Source: Octopus vulgaris
Taxonomy: Eukaryota
Direction of reading: 5' to 3'
Assembly: GCA_951406725.2 (NCBI GenBank)
Contig: OX597826.1
Coordinates: forward strand, 44,268,001 to 44,332,000
Length of the DNA stretch: 64,000 nt
Position numbers and translations under genes: made by a program. Below, one piece after another: positions 1 to 16,593 of this stretch. Numbering within the stretch: position 1 is the stretch's first letter; each line of letters begins with the position of its first letter. The notes beneath the pieces were generated by a model. That model searched no databases. It saw only the letters and a list, made by a program, of their open reading frames with translations, and had not been told where the DNA came from.

Positions 1-599
1 CATCTCTTAAATGCAGAACTATATATATATATATATATATATACAGGGAGTGAGAGAGAAAGACTAACAATGCAAGCCATATAAATTATCTTGAGACTAG
101 ACACGTTTCGGTCACTCTTGGTCTCTTGCACCTGAAACGAAACTTCAGTCAATTTGAATAGTTGGCTGCCTTGCTTTGAAGATAACAGTACTGTTTATCA
201 CACGTCAATTCACAGCCCATCATAAATTCACTTAACCGTTAATTTCAAAATACGAATTGAATATGGCCATTTAACTACATCCCTTTATGATAAGTACAAA
301 TTGATTTGGTTGCTTTTGAAATCATGTTGTTTGATTGGTCACCAAGTTTAATACCTCCATCCTATTTGTTTCATACTGTTTGGTTCTGAATATATCTTCC
401 CTCATAGATTCATCATATTTCACTGAAACATTTCGCAGAGTATCACCTGATGAAATGGAGTAGTTACGTAACGCTGTGAATATGTGTGGTTTTAACTGAT
501 ATGTAACAGTTTCGTATTTGAGAATACCCTACACTGTTGAATCATGTGTAGAGTTGTTTTGAATAATCTATTCATTTTTGTTTACAATATGCATACATG

Positions 600-900
600 T
601 TGTTTGTTCCTTCTCAAGCCATGCCTGGCTCATAAGGCCGGTTTCCCGGTTTCCTTAGCGTATAGGGCCCCCACCTGGACGGGACGCCGGTTCGTCGCAG
701 GTGAGCTGCAAGATGCAGGAGGCACTAGTGAGAGAAACTTGTGGCGAAAGAGTCATCAGAGGTTCGCCATTACCTTCTGCAATAGCCGCGTGGAGTTTAG
801 GTGTTTCACTCATAAACACACACATCGCCCGTTCTGAGATTCGAACCCGTGAACCCTCGAGCGCGTGTCCGCTGCTCTAACCACTAGGCCATGTGCCTCC
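600..900 (-). mobile_element. tRNA-derived SINE (family C)
   Basis: Minus strand begins GGAGGCACATGGCCTAGTGGTTAGAGCAGCGG (A box) ... GGGTTCGAATCTC (B box). A GC-rich body follows and ends in an ACAA-type tail. Confidence 0.7.
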
Positions 901-1125
901 CCAATATATATATACATATGTCTTGCATATTAGAAAACAAAGAAATATTTTACCCATCGTTAATTACCAGTTACAACTGTCTCTGTACCAGCTCTCTACC
1001 TTGGTGAAACTAGGATTTGCTACACGTAAAAAATGTCGGTAATAGTTTGGATCTAACTTTGTTTATAGCCCAGAACTCGGGTTGAGTGGTGCATTGGGAA
1101 TACCCTTACTTTCCACGCTACCAGG

Positions 1126-1222
<97 letters not shown>

Positions 1223-1413
1223 GAAATTACACACTCACGCACACACGCACACACATACACATATATACAGGGGATGCCATCGGTTATGAATGATAGCATC
1301 TAGAATGTTACCCTCCTACTACTTAGTCTAACCAAAAATTCCGGGAGCAGGGATAGAAATAGAGATGAAATGGACTTAGAGTGAGAGGGGAGAGAGATAG
1401 AGTAAAGGCGGAT

Positions 1414-1447
<34 letters not shown>

Positions 1448-1450
<3 letters not shown>

Positions 1451-1750
1451 CATAGGGCACAGCTTGTATGTATGAGAGGTTTGGGCTGCGTGAATCTTTG
1501 GACGAATTTTTCTATTTTGGCCTGGATTACTTAATGCCTAGTAATTTAATTTGATAGACGGAAACTGTGCAGAAACCTATCGTTTGTCACAGTGATAACC
1601 GGTGTAGATTTGCATGAGTCCCTATAATTTAGCAGACCAACAAAATAAAATTTTGAAATTGTAGTGGTCTCGATCTAGTCGACAACGAAAGCTGTCAAGG
1701 CAGTGTTCTAGCGTGGCTGATGCCTAACAACTGTGACAACTTAAAGAATA
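1448..1750 (+). mobile_element. Decayed SINE (family B)
   Basis: Diverged match to the family-B copy at 49876-50317 (tagacggaaactg; aaggcagtgttctagcgtggc). Confidence 0.55.
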
Positions 1751-2162
1751 AACCAATAAAACATAAATATATGCAAAGATTTGTAGATGTATGAAATTAT
1801 ACGTTGATATCCTTCATAAAAGGCATCAGAAATTATACTAGCTAGAGGTAAGAATCTTATTAGTGAATGAGTTTTCTATATTGTGCGTGTGCATGTGTAT
1901 ATATATATACATATATATATATACATACACACACATGCATATATATATGCACATGTATATCCATATAACTCTCCATCCCGCCCTCTCCATCTCTCTCTCT
2001 CTCTTCTCATATACATACATACATATATACATACATACATACATATATATATACATATATATATATAGTTCTATCAACCGGTTATTATCATCGATTTGCT
2101 TAAAGGATAGCATAGAATATATGAAAATATAAGTGTGAGTATAAGTATACACGTGTATGTGC

Positions 2163-2210
<48 letters not shown>

Positions 2211-2441
2211 TCTGGATTGCCATTTTTATTATGGGTACCTCCTTTTATATATCTGCCTGCTTCCTATAGAATAATAATATTTACCCAATATTACCATTCA
2301 TTATACGACAGCTTAGAACACGTAAGTACCAAATTGAGATGAGACACTAGCTAGCTTGTACAGGAAATCTATTCGGAACGTATATATTTATGCCATAGAT
2401 AATAGACAGTAAGAGATAACAAAAGTGACACAATGAAAATG

Positions 2442-4018
<1,577 letters not shown>

Positions 4019-4788
4019 TAATAATAATAATATTAATAATAATAATAATAATAATAATAATGATAATAATAATAATAATAATAATAACAACAACAACTAC
4101 AATAATAGTAATATTAATACCGGTCGAGATCAAGAGGAAGAGAATTATATACTACTAAGAATGTGTCTCATAAACCCCGTAGTCCAAATCTATGGAGTAT
4201 GATCAAAATGTTAACACCTGCCTGCTCTATCAATGTCAGACATTATTAAAAGGTTTTTAACAGGAAAAATTTCTCATTTTTTGGCAACCAATATACTTAT
4301 TAACAAATCGGAAAGTCTCCCTTTATTTCTGGAATTTTTTTTTTTCCTTTTCTATTTACGGAACTGACAATATTAAAAAGACTATAGAAATTCCATTAGC
4401 AATATTACATAGCGATGTAAAATACTTTCATAAACTCTTCTTCTGTAAGTAGCACTACGCAATTATTTATAATACTTGTTTTATTGTTTCTTGTTTTTCT
4501 TTTTTTTTCGAGGGGTGGGGTGGGGGTAGGGAATATTTTTGCGTAGTCTCCTTCGTATATTTAACTGCGTGTTTAATCCATTTATTTCAGTAATATGTTA
4601 TTTCCATTCATAAAAAACAAAAAAAAATATGATGACGATAGAAATGTTTTTTGCCTAAATGAAGATGAAAGCAAAAAACAAAAGAAACAACAACAAAAAC
4701 AAACAACAACAAAAACAACAATAATAACAACAACAACAATAATAATAATTGCAACAACAACAACAACAACAATGATAATAATAATAAT

Positions 4789-4821
<33 letters not shown>

Positions 4822-5393
4822 GTTGCGTAAGACCATATAGATACACTGAGAAGATGAGAGTATCTGTATGTTCGTATGAATGTGAGTATAAGCCCATGTA
4901 ACTGAGAGAGAGTGAGAAAGAAAGGGAGAGAGAAATAGAGGGAAAGAGAGAAAAAGAGAGAGAGAGAGATGTTGTGTATGGATGTGTGTCCGTGTAAGAG
5001 CGAAAGTGAGAGACAAAGAGAGAGGGAATTTTCGTGTAGGAGTGAGAGAGAGTGAAGGAAAGAGAGAGTGGCACTAATTTAAATAATTCAATTAAAACGA
5101 CTTCAAAAGCATCGGTTATTACCTCGTGTTTATTAAGTATATTTGTGAATTCTATTTCACATAAACAAGCTCAATATGTATTATTTGTTTCTTTCTCGGA
5201 GTTTACCAAGTAAACATGTTTGGAAGTTGTATTTGAATAGCGTCTGTTTAAGGTTGACTAGAAACATTACCACGAAACAAATATATTACTGTTTCAAACA
5301 GAACATTTCAACTATCATCGTTTGAATCACCAATATATTTTTGTTTTTATAAAGTTTCATAAAAATTTTATATTTATTGTACATATTAATAAA

Positions 5394-5435
<42 letters not shown>

Positions 5436-5707
5436 TTTTTTAATGTATAGCTATATAAAAATATGTAGAGAAGGATCATTCAATATATTTAAGTAGAATA
5501 ACATTTGTTGGTATTTTTTTTATATAAGGATATGGTTGAGAGTGATTTCGAAGTTTCACTCAGGGATAGGTTCTTCATAATGTCTGACGAAACCAACGAT
5601 CGTGGGAATTTGAAGTCAAAGTCAACCCTTAAATTGTATGTTCGTCTATCCGTACGTACGTACCTATGTATGTATATAACGTGCATACATGTATGTATAC
5701 ATGTATG

Positions 5708-5754
<47 letters not shown>

Positions 5755-5759
<5 letters not shown>

Positions 5760-5866
5760 TTAGAGACAAAACCACTATTTTGCAAAACAAACAAGGAAAG
5801 ACTATATATATATATATATAATATTAATTAGAGACAAAACCACTATTTTGCAAAACAAACAAGGAA

Positions 5867-5870
<4 letters not shown>
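5755..5870. repeat. ~48-bp direct repeat x2 embedded in (TA)n
   Basis: attaattagagacaaaaccactattttgcaaaacaaacaaggaaagac at ~5755 and ~5823, separated by a TA tract. Confidence 0.9.
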
Positions 5871-5919
<49 letters not shown>

Positions 5920-5965
5920 GGTGTTCCAGCATGGCCACAGTCAAATGACTGAAACAAGTAAAAGA

Positions 5966-6016
<51 letters not shown>

Positions 6017-6299
6017 TGCATTTGATTACAGATTATTTATTCTTCCTTATTTATGTCACTGGACAAAATAATTGTGGATGTGTATGTAGCGTTTACGGTT
6101 AAACGGCGTAGTAATGAAAGGAGTTTTCTTATGTCTAGTACCAATTAGTGATCTTTATCGTACCAAATACTAAAAATTTGAATCTCCGATATGGTCTACT
6201 ATATCACTAAAGAGCTTGTGCCGGTTCATCAGGAGCCTGGTCACTCTCCAATATCTGAAACCTGAGAAAGAAAACCAGATTGTTAGAATATATTTGCAT

Positions 6300-6558
6300 A
6301 TGTATGTATATACGTACGTATGTATGTATGTATGTATGTATGTATGTATGTATGTATGTATGTATGTATGTATGTATGTATGTATGTATGTATGTACGTA
6401 CGTACGTACGTATGTATGTATGTATGTATGTATGTATGTAGGTATGTATGTATGTATGCATGCATGCATGCTTGCATGTATGTATGTATGTATGTATGTA
6501 TGTATGTATGTATGTATGTATGTATGTATGTATGTATGTAGGTAGGTAGGTAGGTAGG
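6300..6558. repeat. (TATG)n/(TAGG)n microsatellite
   Basis: Direct reading of the sequence. Confidence 0.95.
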
Positions 6559-6780
6559 TGGCAGAAACGTTAGCACGCCGGGCGAAATGCTTAGCGGTAT
6601 TTCGTCTGCGTTACGTTGTGAGTTCAAATTCCACCGAGGTCGACTTTGCCTTTCATCCTTTCGGGGTCGATAAATTAAGTACCAGTTACGCACTGGGTTC
6701 GATGTAATCGACTTAATACCTATGTATGTCCTTGTTTGTCCCCTCTGTGTTTAGCCCCTTGTGGGTAATAAAGAAATAGG
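6559..6780 (+). mobile_element. tRNA-derived SINE (family A, tail type 1)
   Basis: TGGCAGAAACGTTAGC A-box-like, GAGTTCAAATTCC B-box, central GCCTTTCATCCTTTCGGGGTCGATAAATTAAGTACC, tail ...TTTAGCCCCTTGTGGGTAATAAAGAAATA. More than ten copies in the window. Confidence 0.85.
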
Positions 6781-7366
6781 TATGCAGGTAGGTAGGTACT
6801 TATGATAGTCTGCACGTATGGTTAATGTCTATGTATATGTGTGTGCATATGTGCACACACACACACACACACATATTCCGCATTCTCTCATTTTGCATCT
6901 CGTATGTCCAGAATTTGTCTGAAATATGGTAGACGGTGATATCACAGCAGAAATTCCAGTATTACTTCATTTACTGAAAGTGACGTCAGTTCACCTAAAG
7001 CAACATATACAATGAAATTCATGTTATGAAATATATTAGGCTAATTCAGCAATTATTGCTAAAATACGTAGAATGTTGTCAGATGGTCGTGTACGAAATT
7101 AGAAATCGTTAAATTTTAATGCGATAAAAGAAAATGATTTGGAAACGATGCAAAGGTAGAGTCTAAACTTTTAAAGTGCTTTAGGGCATCAATATATTTC
7201 ATATTTTCCTTGAAGAATTCCTATCGAAACAATAAAAGAATTAACGTGATTTCAACATCAAGCTGAGGTTTCCGTGCTACGCCTCTGTTTAAGAAGAGTT
7301 CACTGCTGAATCAGTGAAATGGCATAGCTGCTTCGCTTTGTCTTCTTCTCTAGCACTATATTTCGT

Positions 7367-7621
7367 TTACTCTTTTACTCTTTTACTCTTTTAATTGTTT
7401 CAGTCATTTGACTGCGGCCATGCTGCAGCATCGCCTGTAGTCGAGCAACTCGACCCCAGGACTTATTCTTTGCAAGCCTAGTACTTATACTATCGGTCTG
7501 TTTTGCCGAACCGCTAAGTTACTGAAATATAAACACACCAGCATCGGTTGTCAAGCGATGCTGGGGGGGACAAACACAGGTACAAACACACACACACACA
7601 CACACATACACACACACACAA

Positions 7622-7686
<65 letters not shown>

Positions 7687-7855
7687 CATATATTCGAAAG
7701 GCTTTCAGTTTCCATCTACCACATCCACTCAGAAGGCTTTGGTCGACCCGAGGCTATAGTAGAAGACACTTACCCAAGGTGACACGCAGTGGGACTGAAC
7801 CTGGAACCGTGTGGTTCGTAAGCAAGCTATTTAGCATACAGCCACTCCTACGCCT
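7367..7855 (-). mobile_element. tRNA-derived SINE (family B) with internal (TA)/(TG) microsatellite
   Basis: Reverse complement of the family-B consensus (GGAGTGGCTGT..., GGTTCAGTCCCACTGCGT, CCTTGGGTAAGTGTCTTC, (GAGTAAAA)n tail). Confidence 0.85.
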
Positions 7856-8404
7856 GTACTTATTAACTTTTTCAAAATCTTTTTTTATGACTGTCTTTGT
7901 ATCTGACAACCTATCTTTACTTTTCCTCTCCGTTGTCCCTCCGTCTCCTTCAATCAGTCTGTCTGTTCGTCAGTTTTACTATCTGTACGTCTGACTAACC
8001 ATCTATCTGTCTGTCTGTGTGTGTCAGTCTATATATATATGACGATTGCCTCATCTTCTCAGATGATAGCCGTCACAGAATGGACTATATAGACAATAGC
8101 GTCGCATTTAGGTCGCCGTAGCAGGTTACAGTGATAAGCATTGCAAGATGTCTAGCACTATTTTGACTGCAAGGTTTCTGTCAGAGTATCTTTCTCCTTG
8201 AAGAGTTTTCTTCCCCACAGCTTTGTCAAAATAACCACCATCTCCTCTACCCTAGAGAAATCGATTTAACCCATAGATAGAACCTGAAGAGGTATTCCCG
8301 TTCCGGGTCAGAACAAGACTGGGAGTAATGGTAAATAAGGGGCAACTCCACGCCGGCCACACCTCAGAAATCAAGAAGTCCCAACTGATGTAGTTTAATG
8401 CCAA

Positions 8405-8610
8405 TTGCTAGCAGAATTCTTAGCGCGCCAGGCGAGATGCTTTCTGACATTTCCGCCCCTGTCTGTTCTGAGTTCAAACCCCATTGTGATTGATTTTGTC
8501 TTCTATCCTTTCGAGGCCGATAAAATGAGCACCAATCGAACACTGTGGTCATTGTAATCGACTTGCCACTTCCCCCAAATGGCTGGTCTTGTGCCAAAAT
8601 TTGAAACCAA
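8405..8610 (+). mobile_element. Decayed SINE (family A)
   Basis: gagttcaaacccc B-box and ctatcctttcgaggccgataaaatgagcacc core. Confidence 0.7.
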
Positions 8611-8651
8611 TGTCATACTTATACATACATACAAACATGTGTATATATATA

Positions 8652-9016
8652 TCTTTTACTTGTTTCAATCATTTGACTGTGGCCATGCTGGAGCACCGCC
8701 TTTAGTCGAGCAAATTGACCCCAGGACTTACTCTTTGTAAGCATTGTACTTATTCTATCGGTCTCTTTTACCTAACCGCTAAGTTACGGGGACGTAAACA
8801 CACCAGCATCGGTTGTCAAGCGATGTTTGTGAGACAAACACAAACACAAATACACACACACAGACACACTCACAGACACATATATATATATACGATGGGC
8901 TTCTTTCAGTTTCCGTCTTTTAGCTTTGGTGCCCAAGGTGTGGCACGCAGTGGGACTGAACCCGTAACCATCAGGTTGGTAAGCAAGCTACTTACCACAC
9001 AACCACTCCTACGCCT
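8652..9016 (-). mobile_element. SINE (family B)
   Basis: Colinear with 51000-51412, with an internal deletion. Confidence 0.85.
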
Positions 9017-9019
9017 ATG

Positions 9020-9083
<64 letters not shown>

Positions 9084-9737
9084 TTATGCGTCTGTGTGTG
9101 TGTTTATGTGAATGCATATCAACATGTGTTACAAGGAATGAATGTTTATGTATGATTATAAATATGTACGTATACATGTACACTAATTATCACTTAGATT
9201 GCAAATACAAGGAGGGCTGAATATTTGGTGCAGCTTTTCGTGCTGAGATGGGTGAAGTAAAAAAAAAAAAATTCAGAAATTTTTTTCTTCAAAAATGTAT
9301 CCTGCGGTATTTCACATGTATAAATCAGAAAAATATTTCGGCACAAGTCCAAAATAAAAGTGTTAGGACCGCTTACCCAAAAGCAAGAAGAAAAAGATGG
9401 AAAAACCCGTAAATTTTGAAAAGCGTTTTTCAGATAAGAAATATCTGAACAAGTAAAGAGAGCAGAAAAAGATTATATGTATGAAAGCACACTCACATAC
9501 ACACACACACACACACGCTCGCAGGTACATTCACACGCACACCGACATGCACACGTACATGCATACCCACATGTACATGCACACGCACATGCACACCTCA
9601 CACATGCACATGCACAACTCAATACTCATATATATATACACATAGAGATATATAAATATATACACGCACACACGCATATATTATATATATATGTATATAT
9701 ATATATGTGTGTATATATATGTCTGTGTGTGTGTGTG

Positions 9738-9794
<57 letters not shown>

Positions 9795-9797
9795 GTA

Positions 9798-9846
<49 letters not shown>

Positions 9847-9922
9847 GCCTCAATAATATTCGTTTTCTGTGGAATGGTAGTTACATCTATAGATCAAAAC
9901 AGTTTGATTCAGAATCCTTGGC

Positions 9923-10271
9923 ACTTTCATGCGCGTGGCTAGTCTTCGGCCATTAGAGTCTGAATGAAAGTTCGATTGAAGAGAGTCAATGTCCATAGTA
10001 CGGTAATGGTTGTCTCTCTCTATTGCAAATTGTTGCTCTGACGTTCGTAAATGGCGCTCAACCTAGTTTAGAACTGTCGATAATCAAATTATAATTGTTT
10101 CTCTCCTCACTCGTACAATTGCTCCAAAATGTGTTGAGCGACATTCACGAACGTCTAACCGCGAGTTTGCAATAAAGAAAACAACCATTACCGTACTATA
10201 AACATTGACTCTCTTTAATCGAACTCTCATTCAGACTCCAATGGCCGAAGACTAGTCACGCGCTTGTAAGT
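9923..10271. repeat. Long inverted repeat / foldback (MITE-like), ~140-bp arms
   Basis: 9923-10062 (gcgcgtggctagtcttcggccatt...gcgctcaac) is an imperfect reverse complement of 10133-10271 (gttgagcg...aatggccgaagactagtcacgcgc), with a ~70-bp spacer. Confidence 0.85.
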
Positions 10272-10323
10272 ACATAAGACACCACGAAGCATTTTATCCC
10301 GCGGGCTAAAAACAATAATAATT

Positions 10324-11782
<1,459 letters not shown>

Positions 11783-13335
11783 ATTAAAGATAGTAATAAT
11801 GATCATGATAACTATGTTGATGATGATATATGTATCTGTGGGTATTTGCATGTGAGATTCGGTATATAAAATATCTTAATTTGTTTATGGAAGTGCATAA
11901 GAATATATTTGTTTTGTGTACATAACAGCGAGGGGAGAAAATAACAGAATATCTAGATGTTGTATATAAATGAATACAATTGAAAACTTTTAAACTGAAG
12001 ACACGGAATTAATGTTGACTTTATGTTTGAGCTAGATATTTTAAAAAGTTTTTGTTGTTGTTGTTGTTGTTGTTGTTATAGTTTTAAAATATCTGTCACC
12101 CTTTACATGTGGTGATTTCTTTAAAAAATTACCAACATTCATAAAGTATCGATTTAGTCAGGAAGGAGAGCTACCTTAGTATTCATAGCAGTTTTTACCA
12201 CCAAGAATCACTCGATTCATTAAGTCCGATGCAAACCTATATCCCCTCGGGGGAAAAGAATTCGAATTCAATGAAACAGCAATCGCTGCAGAAAATAATA
12301 TTTTGTATATGATGGCTGCTTATAAGCAGTGGAAATGTTAGTTATGTTTCGATGGAAATCAATACGGTTCAGTAAAATAACATCTACAACCTCGAGGGCA
12401 AATATTTCTAGTTTATCTTTACAAGCCACATGTTGATATATCTTCGTTCCTTCTAGTTCGGTTCCCGCCTGTTTCTATTTTTGTTGTTGTTTTTTTTTTT
12501 GTTTTTTGGCTTTTCTTTTCCTTCTTCTTCTCCCTCTGTCGCTAATGCATCTTCATCTGGTCTCTGTTATCCTTTCCTCCTATTCTTTGCTTATTTGTAT
12601 CCAATTTTGCAATTCCTTTCTCTTGATGTTTAGTAGTACTATAATGGAGCGGTCCGGTGGCGGTTTGGCTTTGTTTGGTATTGTATATTTGAATCCAGAG
12701 ATAGCAATGAAAAATTCCTCGTAGAAAGATGTGAATGCTTTGAAGTTGAATGTACATGCAATGCGTTTTGGTGTGCGTTTTTGTGTCAAAGAACGACCTT
12801 TTTAGCGCCTTTTATAAATGATGAACCTTATTGTACTGAATGTATTGTTAATAATATAGCTATATCTGAACCTTCACAATAGTTGAACAATATTTCGTAC
12901 CATATATACAACTAACATGCTTTATCGCATTTCAGAACACGCATCCTCTACGAGCACTGAAGCCTCACTGTTACACACGCACACATCCACGCACACACAC
13001 ACACACACACAAATACAAACAAACACACATACAAACATACCCACCCAGACATACACACAGGAATGCACACGGAAGAACAAACAAACACACACACAATACA
13101 TATACAAAGCATGCATTCACACACGATTCTGATGGATGATTCACTTCGTTTCTACACAGATATCCTCACTATGGGAGGAGATGACGAAACTCTGAGTAGT
13201 AAACTGAATGTAATCTCAATTTCGAACGGATAAATCCTCTACGTGTTTACAAATATTAATTACTGATTTCTATGGATGTTACACGAAGCCATATAATATA
13301 ATATAATATGATATAATATAATATAATATAATATT

Positions 13336-13371
<36 letters not shown>

Positions 13372-13378
<7 letters not shown>

Positions 13379-13600
13379 GGGATGACCACTAAGTGGACAT
13401 CCATTATGCTAGATGTAGATCCTATATGGTCTGACCACTAAGAAAAGATCTTTACATATTCTATCTTTTCATTTGTCTTACTCGCTTACGTTCTTCCGTT
13501 TGCTGAATTTTCTAGTGATCAATCTTTTCTTAGTGGTCAGACCATATGAGGTCTACCTCTAGCACAATGGATGTCCATTTAGTGGTCATCCTTCCTATAT
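13372..13600. repeat. Inverted repeat element with ~75-bp arms beside (TA)n (MITE-like or Penelope-terminal-like)
   Basis: ggatgaccactaagtggacatccatt...ctgaccactaagaaaagat (13372-13449) pairs with atcttttcttagtggtcag...aatggatgtccatttagtggtcatcc (13522-13600). Confidence 0.85.
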
Positions 13601-13706
13601 GAATGGAATAGAAGTTTTCTGAATCTTCGGATTTTTCGATATGCTAGGCAACTGGTTTTAAATTGATATTAATCAAATCAATATTCAATTTTTCACCCTT
13701 ATTATT

Positions 13707-13762
<56 letters not shown>

Positions 13763-13765
<3 letters not shown>

Positions 13766-14130
13766 TCATCAACATCATCATCGTTTAACGTCCGTTTTCC
13801 GCGCTAGCACGGGTTGGACGGTTCGACTGGAGTCTGGGAAGCCAGGGGCTGCACCAGACTCCAGTCTGATCTGGCAGAGTTTCTACAGCTGGATGCCCTT
13901 CCTAACGCCAACCACTCCGCGAGTGTAGTGGGTGCTTTTTACGTGCTACCTGCACAGGTGCCAGGGGCGTCCGGCATCGGCCACGATCGGTTGGAGCTTT
14001 TAACGTGCCACCGGCACGGAAGCCAGCCAAGGCGGCGCTGGCAACGGCCACGTTCGGATGGTGCTTTTTATGTGCCACCGGCACAGAAGCCAGTCGGGGC
14101 GGCGCTGGTATCGGCCACGTTCGGATGGTG

Positions 14131-14135
<5 letters not shown>
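13763..14135 (-). mobile_element. 3' part of a SINE with RTE-like tail and internal 62-67-bp tandem repeats
   Basis: Minus strand has GGTTGGCGTTAGGAAGGGCATCCAGCTGTAGAAAC (recalled as a conserved SINE central domain) and ends ...GGAAAACGGACGTTAAACGATGATGATG. Three GC-rich units at 13931-14126. Confidence 0.65.
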
Positions 14136-14172
<37 letters not shown>

Positions 14173-14195
14173 TTTATACACACACACATATATAT

Positions 14196-14246
<51 letters not shown>

Positions 14247-15759
14247 TATATGTATGTATGTACCTATATTTGTATATGTATGCATATGCATACATTAAAT
14301 TATATCAATATGCATTCATGCATATGTATATATATACATATATATATATACATGTATATATCTATGTATATATATGTAGGTTTTAAATGCTAACGGGCCA
14401 CCTATATTAAAATACAACATATGTGTGTGTATGTGAGTGTATGTGTGTATATATGTAATATTTATATGCATACATACATATGTGTGTGGGTGGCTGTGCA
14501 TGCGTGTGTATAAATGAAAGGAAACTGTGATAGCAAAAATTATTCCGGGTGTTCAGTGGAATGTATTTGAACAACAAAGAAAAATCCTTGTAACGAAATT
14601 CGTCGAAGCAAAAACGCCAATTGGGAGAGACTTTTTTGACCAAACTGGAACCGTTCAAAAGAAGATAACAACGTCTCTCCTAAATGAGCTTTTCAGGTTG
14701 AGAATTTCATTTCAGATATTTTCTATTTTCATCACCATATTGACTAAGTCGTTATTCTTGCCTCCATTAGGACAGAGGATATGTGCCTCTGGCCAGCGGG
14801 TATTGTGAATTGCCTATATTATTTAGAACAAGAATAGACGTGACCGGCCATAACTAACAACTACATTTTATATATACAGATGGGAATTTGAATTCCTGTT
14901 CATGAATCAGTATGTATGATAAGTAGTTCCGGACCATCAGCGTCCGAACAGTTGGTGTTGCACCAGTGTTCTAGGGAACGATGAATATAATTTTGTGACA
15001 GCTAAGCGTTTCCCAACATAATTTTCTGTGTATTATGAAGCGAATTTTCTTCAATTTTGGCTAAATTTAACCAGATTTCAGTGTGTCGATCACTTTAACT
15101 GTTGCTCTACTGTGCTCTCTAACTATTGTACCACTGTACTCACAACAATCAATGTAGTAAATATTGATTACTTACTTTGATACCAGAACCATAAACTTGT
15201 ATACTCGATTGAATCAACCAAGTACTTGACTGTTACTTATTTTATTGGCTATGAATAGTTGAAAGATATACATCAGTCTCTGCCACGCAACCATTTACAA
15301 TTAATATTAAATAATATATGTAGCGAGTAAATACAATTACTATAGCAATCAACTTTGAATGTTCTACCCAAAGGAAGACAGCGGAACGAATCTCGCCATG
15401 AATGTGGTTGATAAACAGAAACATTGCATGGTAAATTCCATTGTTCTGCACATAAACTTATCGATGCACGATATGTACGCAATGCACACGAATTGTTTAA
15501 ATGAGATCTCATTGTTTTCTCTTTGATAGGAAATGAACCTTATAACCACACGTTTCCGTTAACCCTTAAATAAAGAAACGAAACCAAAGGATCCGTAATT
15601 TAACGAGAAAAACCGAAAAACCCAGAGAATAATTACTGTAATAAAATCGTGATAAACCACTAAATTAAATCTAGGTATCTAAGAAGCAGCTTCAAATGTT
15701 GTCTGGTATGGATTTCCTGATCCATATATACAAAAAAGTACCAAATACATGATCATTCA

Positions 15760-16225
15760 GTTTTGTGTGTACATCTTTAGACTATGAAAAACTTAGCCGA
15801 TTTATTTCTAGTTTTAACTTTCCTAGATGTTGTTCAATAAGCTTCCATTGAAACGAGATAATCCATTTCTTAATTCTGCTCTGTCATCATTCTGTTAATT
15901 CTATTGCGATACAAATGCTATCTTTTCTACGTGAAATACTTCAAGTTGTACAAATCAGATTAAAAAAAAAACACCTTGAAACAGTATTACAGAGATTCAT
16001 TAAAGGAAGTGATATAGAATTCGGTTTAGAACAAAACGCCTAGGTAAACGTTGATATGCAAAAACTAGTAAAACTGAGTAACGTAAAGTTATGTTAGATA
16101 AAGAAACATATATAAGAAAATTAGACGAATCCCAGACCTACAACTGAACTAAACAAAGTACAACACAGTCAATGAGGAAAATGGTTAGAATGAAATGTTA
16201 TCGACGCATTAGCTTCATATTTGAA
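15760..16225 (+). pseudogene. Highly decayed R4/Dong RT fragment
   Basis: Manual translation gives YLFYVKYFKLY (cf. QLFYMDDLKLY), IEFGLEQNA (cf. MEFGLEKCA), IRKLDESQTY (cf. IRELEQEQTY) and MRKMVRMKCYRRI (cf. MKEKIRKKCYRRV), colinear with ORF 40862-42046. Confidence 0.75.
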
Positions 16226-16593
16226 AGAAGTCGCTGCTTCTGTTGTTGTCCTTGTCCGTCTTTCATATCCAATTCCCCCGTACTTCTAGTCAGGAAGCTG
16301 CCAAGATGCTCTGACCCTCATACGTTTAACAGCTTAGTTTTCGAAACCGCACCTATAGCTCGACGGTCTTCCCTTACTGTAATCACAATAATGCACCACT
16401 AGAAGAAACTGTTGTGGCATTAAATTGGGGCATCAGTACCTGCATCTCCATATATCAGCCGCCCCAAACCGTTTCTTGTTACTTCTACGTACACATCTGT
16501 CTCGCACTGTACGGCACAAGTAATGACCAACCAAGAAAAAATGCTGTTCAGAATTTCCAAAGTATGATATTTGCTTGTCTTCTTCCTAAATCT

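Noticed and set aside
95-480. Possible hammerheads: minus-strand GAAACGTGTC at ~100-109 and plus-strand CTGATGA at ~447
   Set aside because: The first lacks CUGANGA and a paired stem II; the second lacks GAAA. Possibly a decayed relative of the 36.8-kb element, but not supportable.
600-900. tRNA gene
   Set aside because: A and B boxes are present, but there is no convincing acceptor stem and the sequence runs on into a SINE-like body.
12542-12789. Short non-repetitive ORFs as host exons (also 27705-27932 and 44373-44735)
   Set aside because: No recognisable domain and no convincing pair of splice sites.
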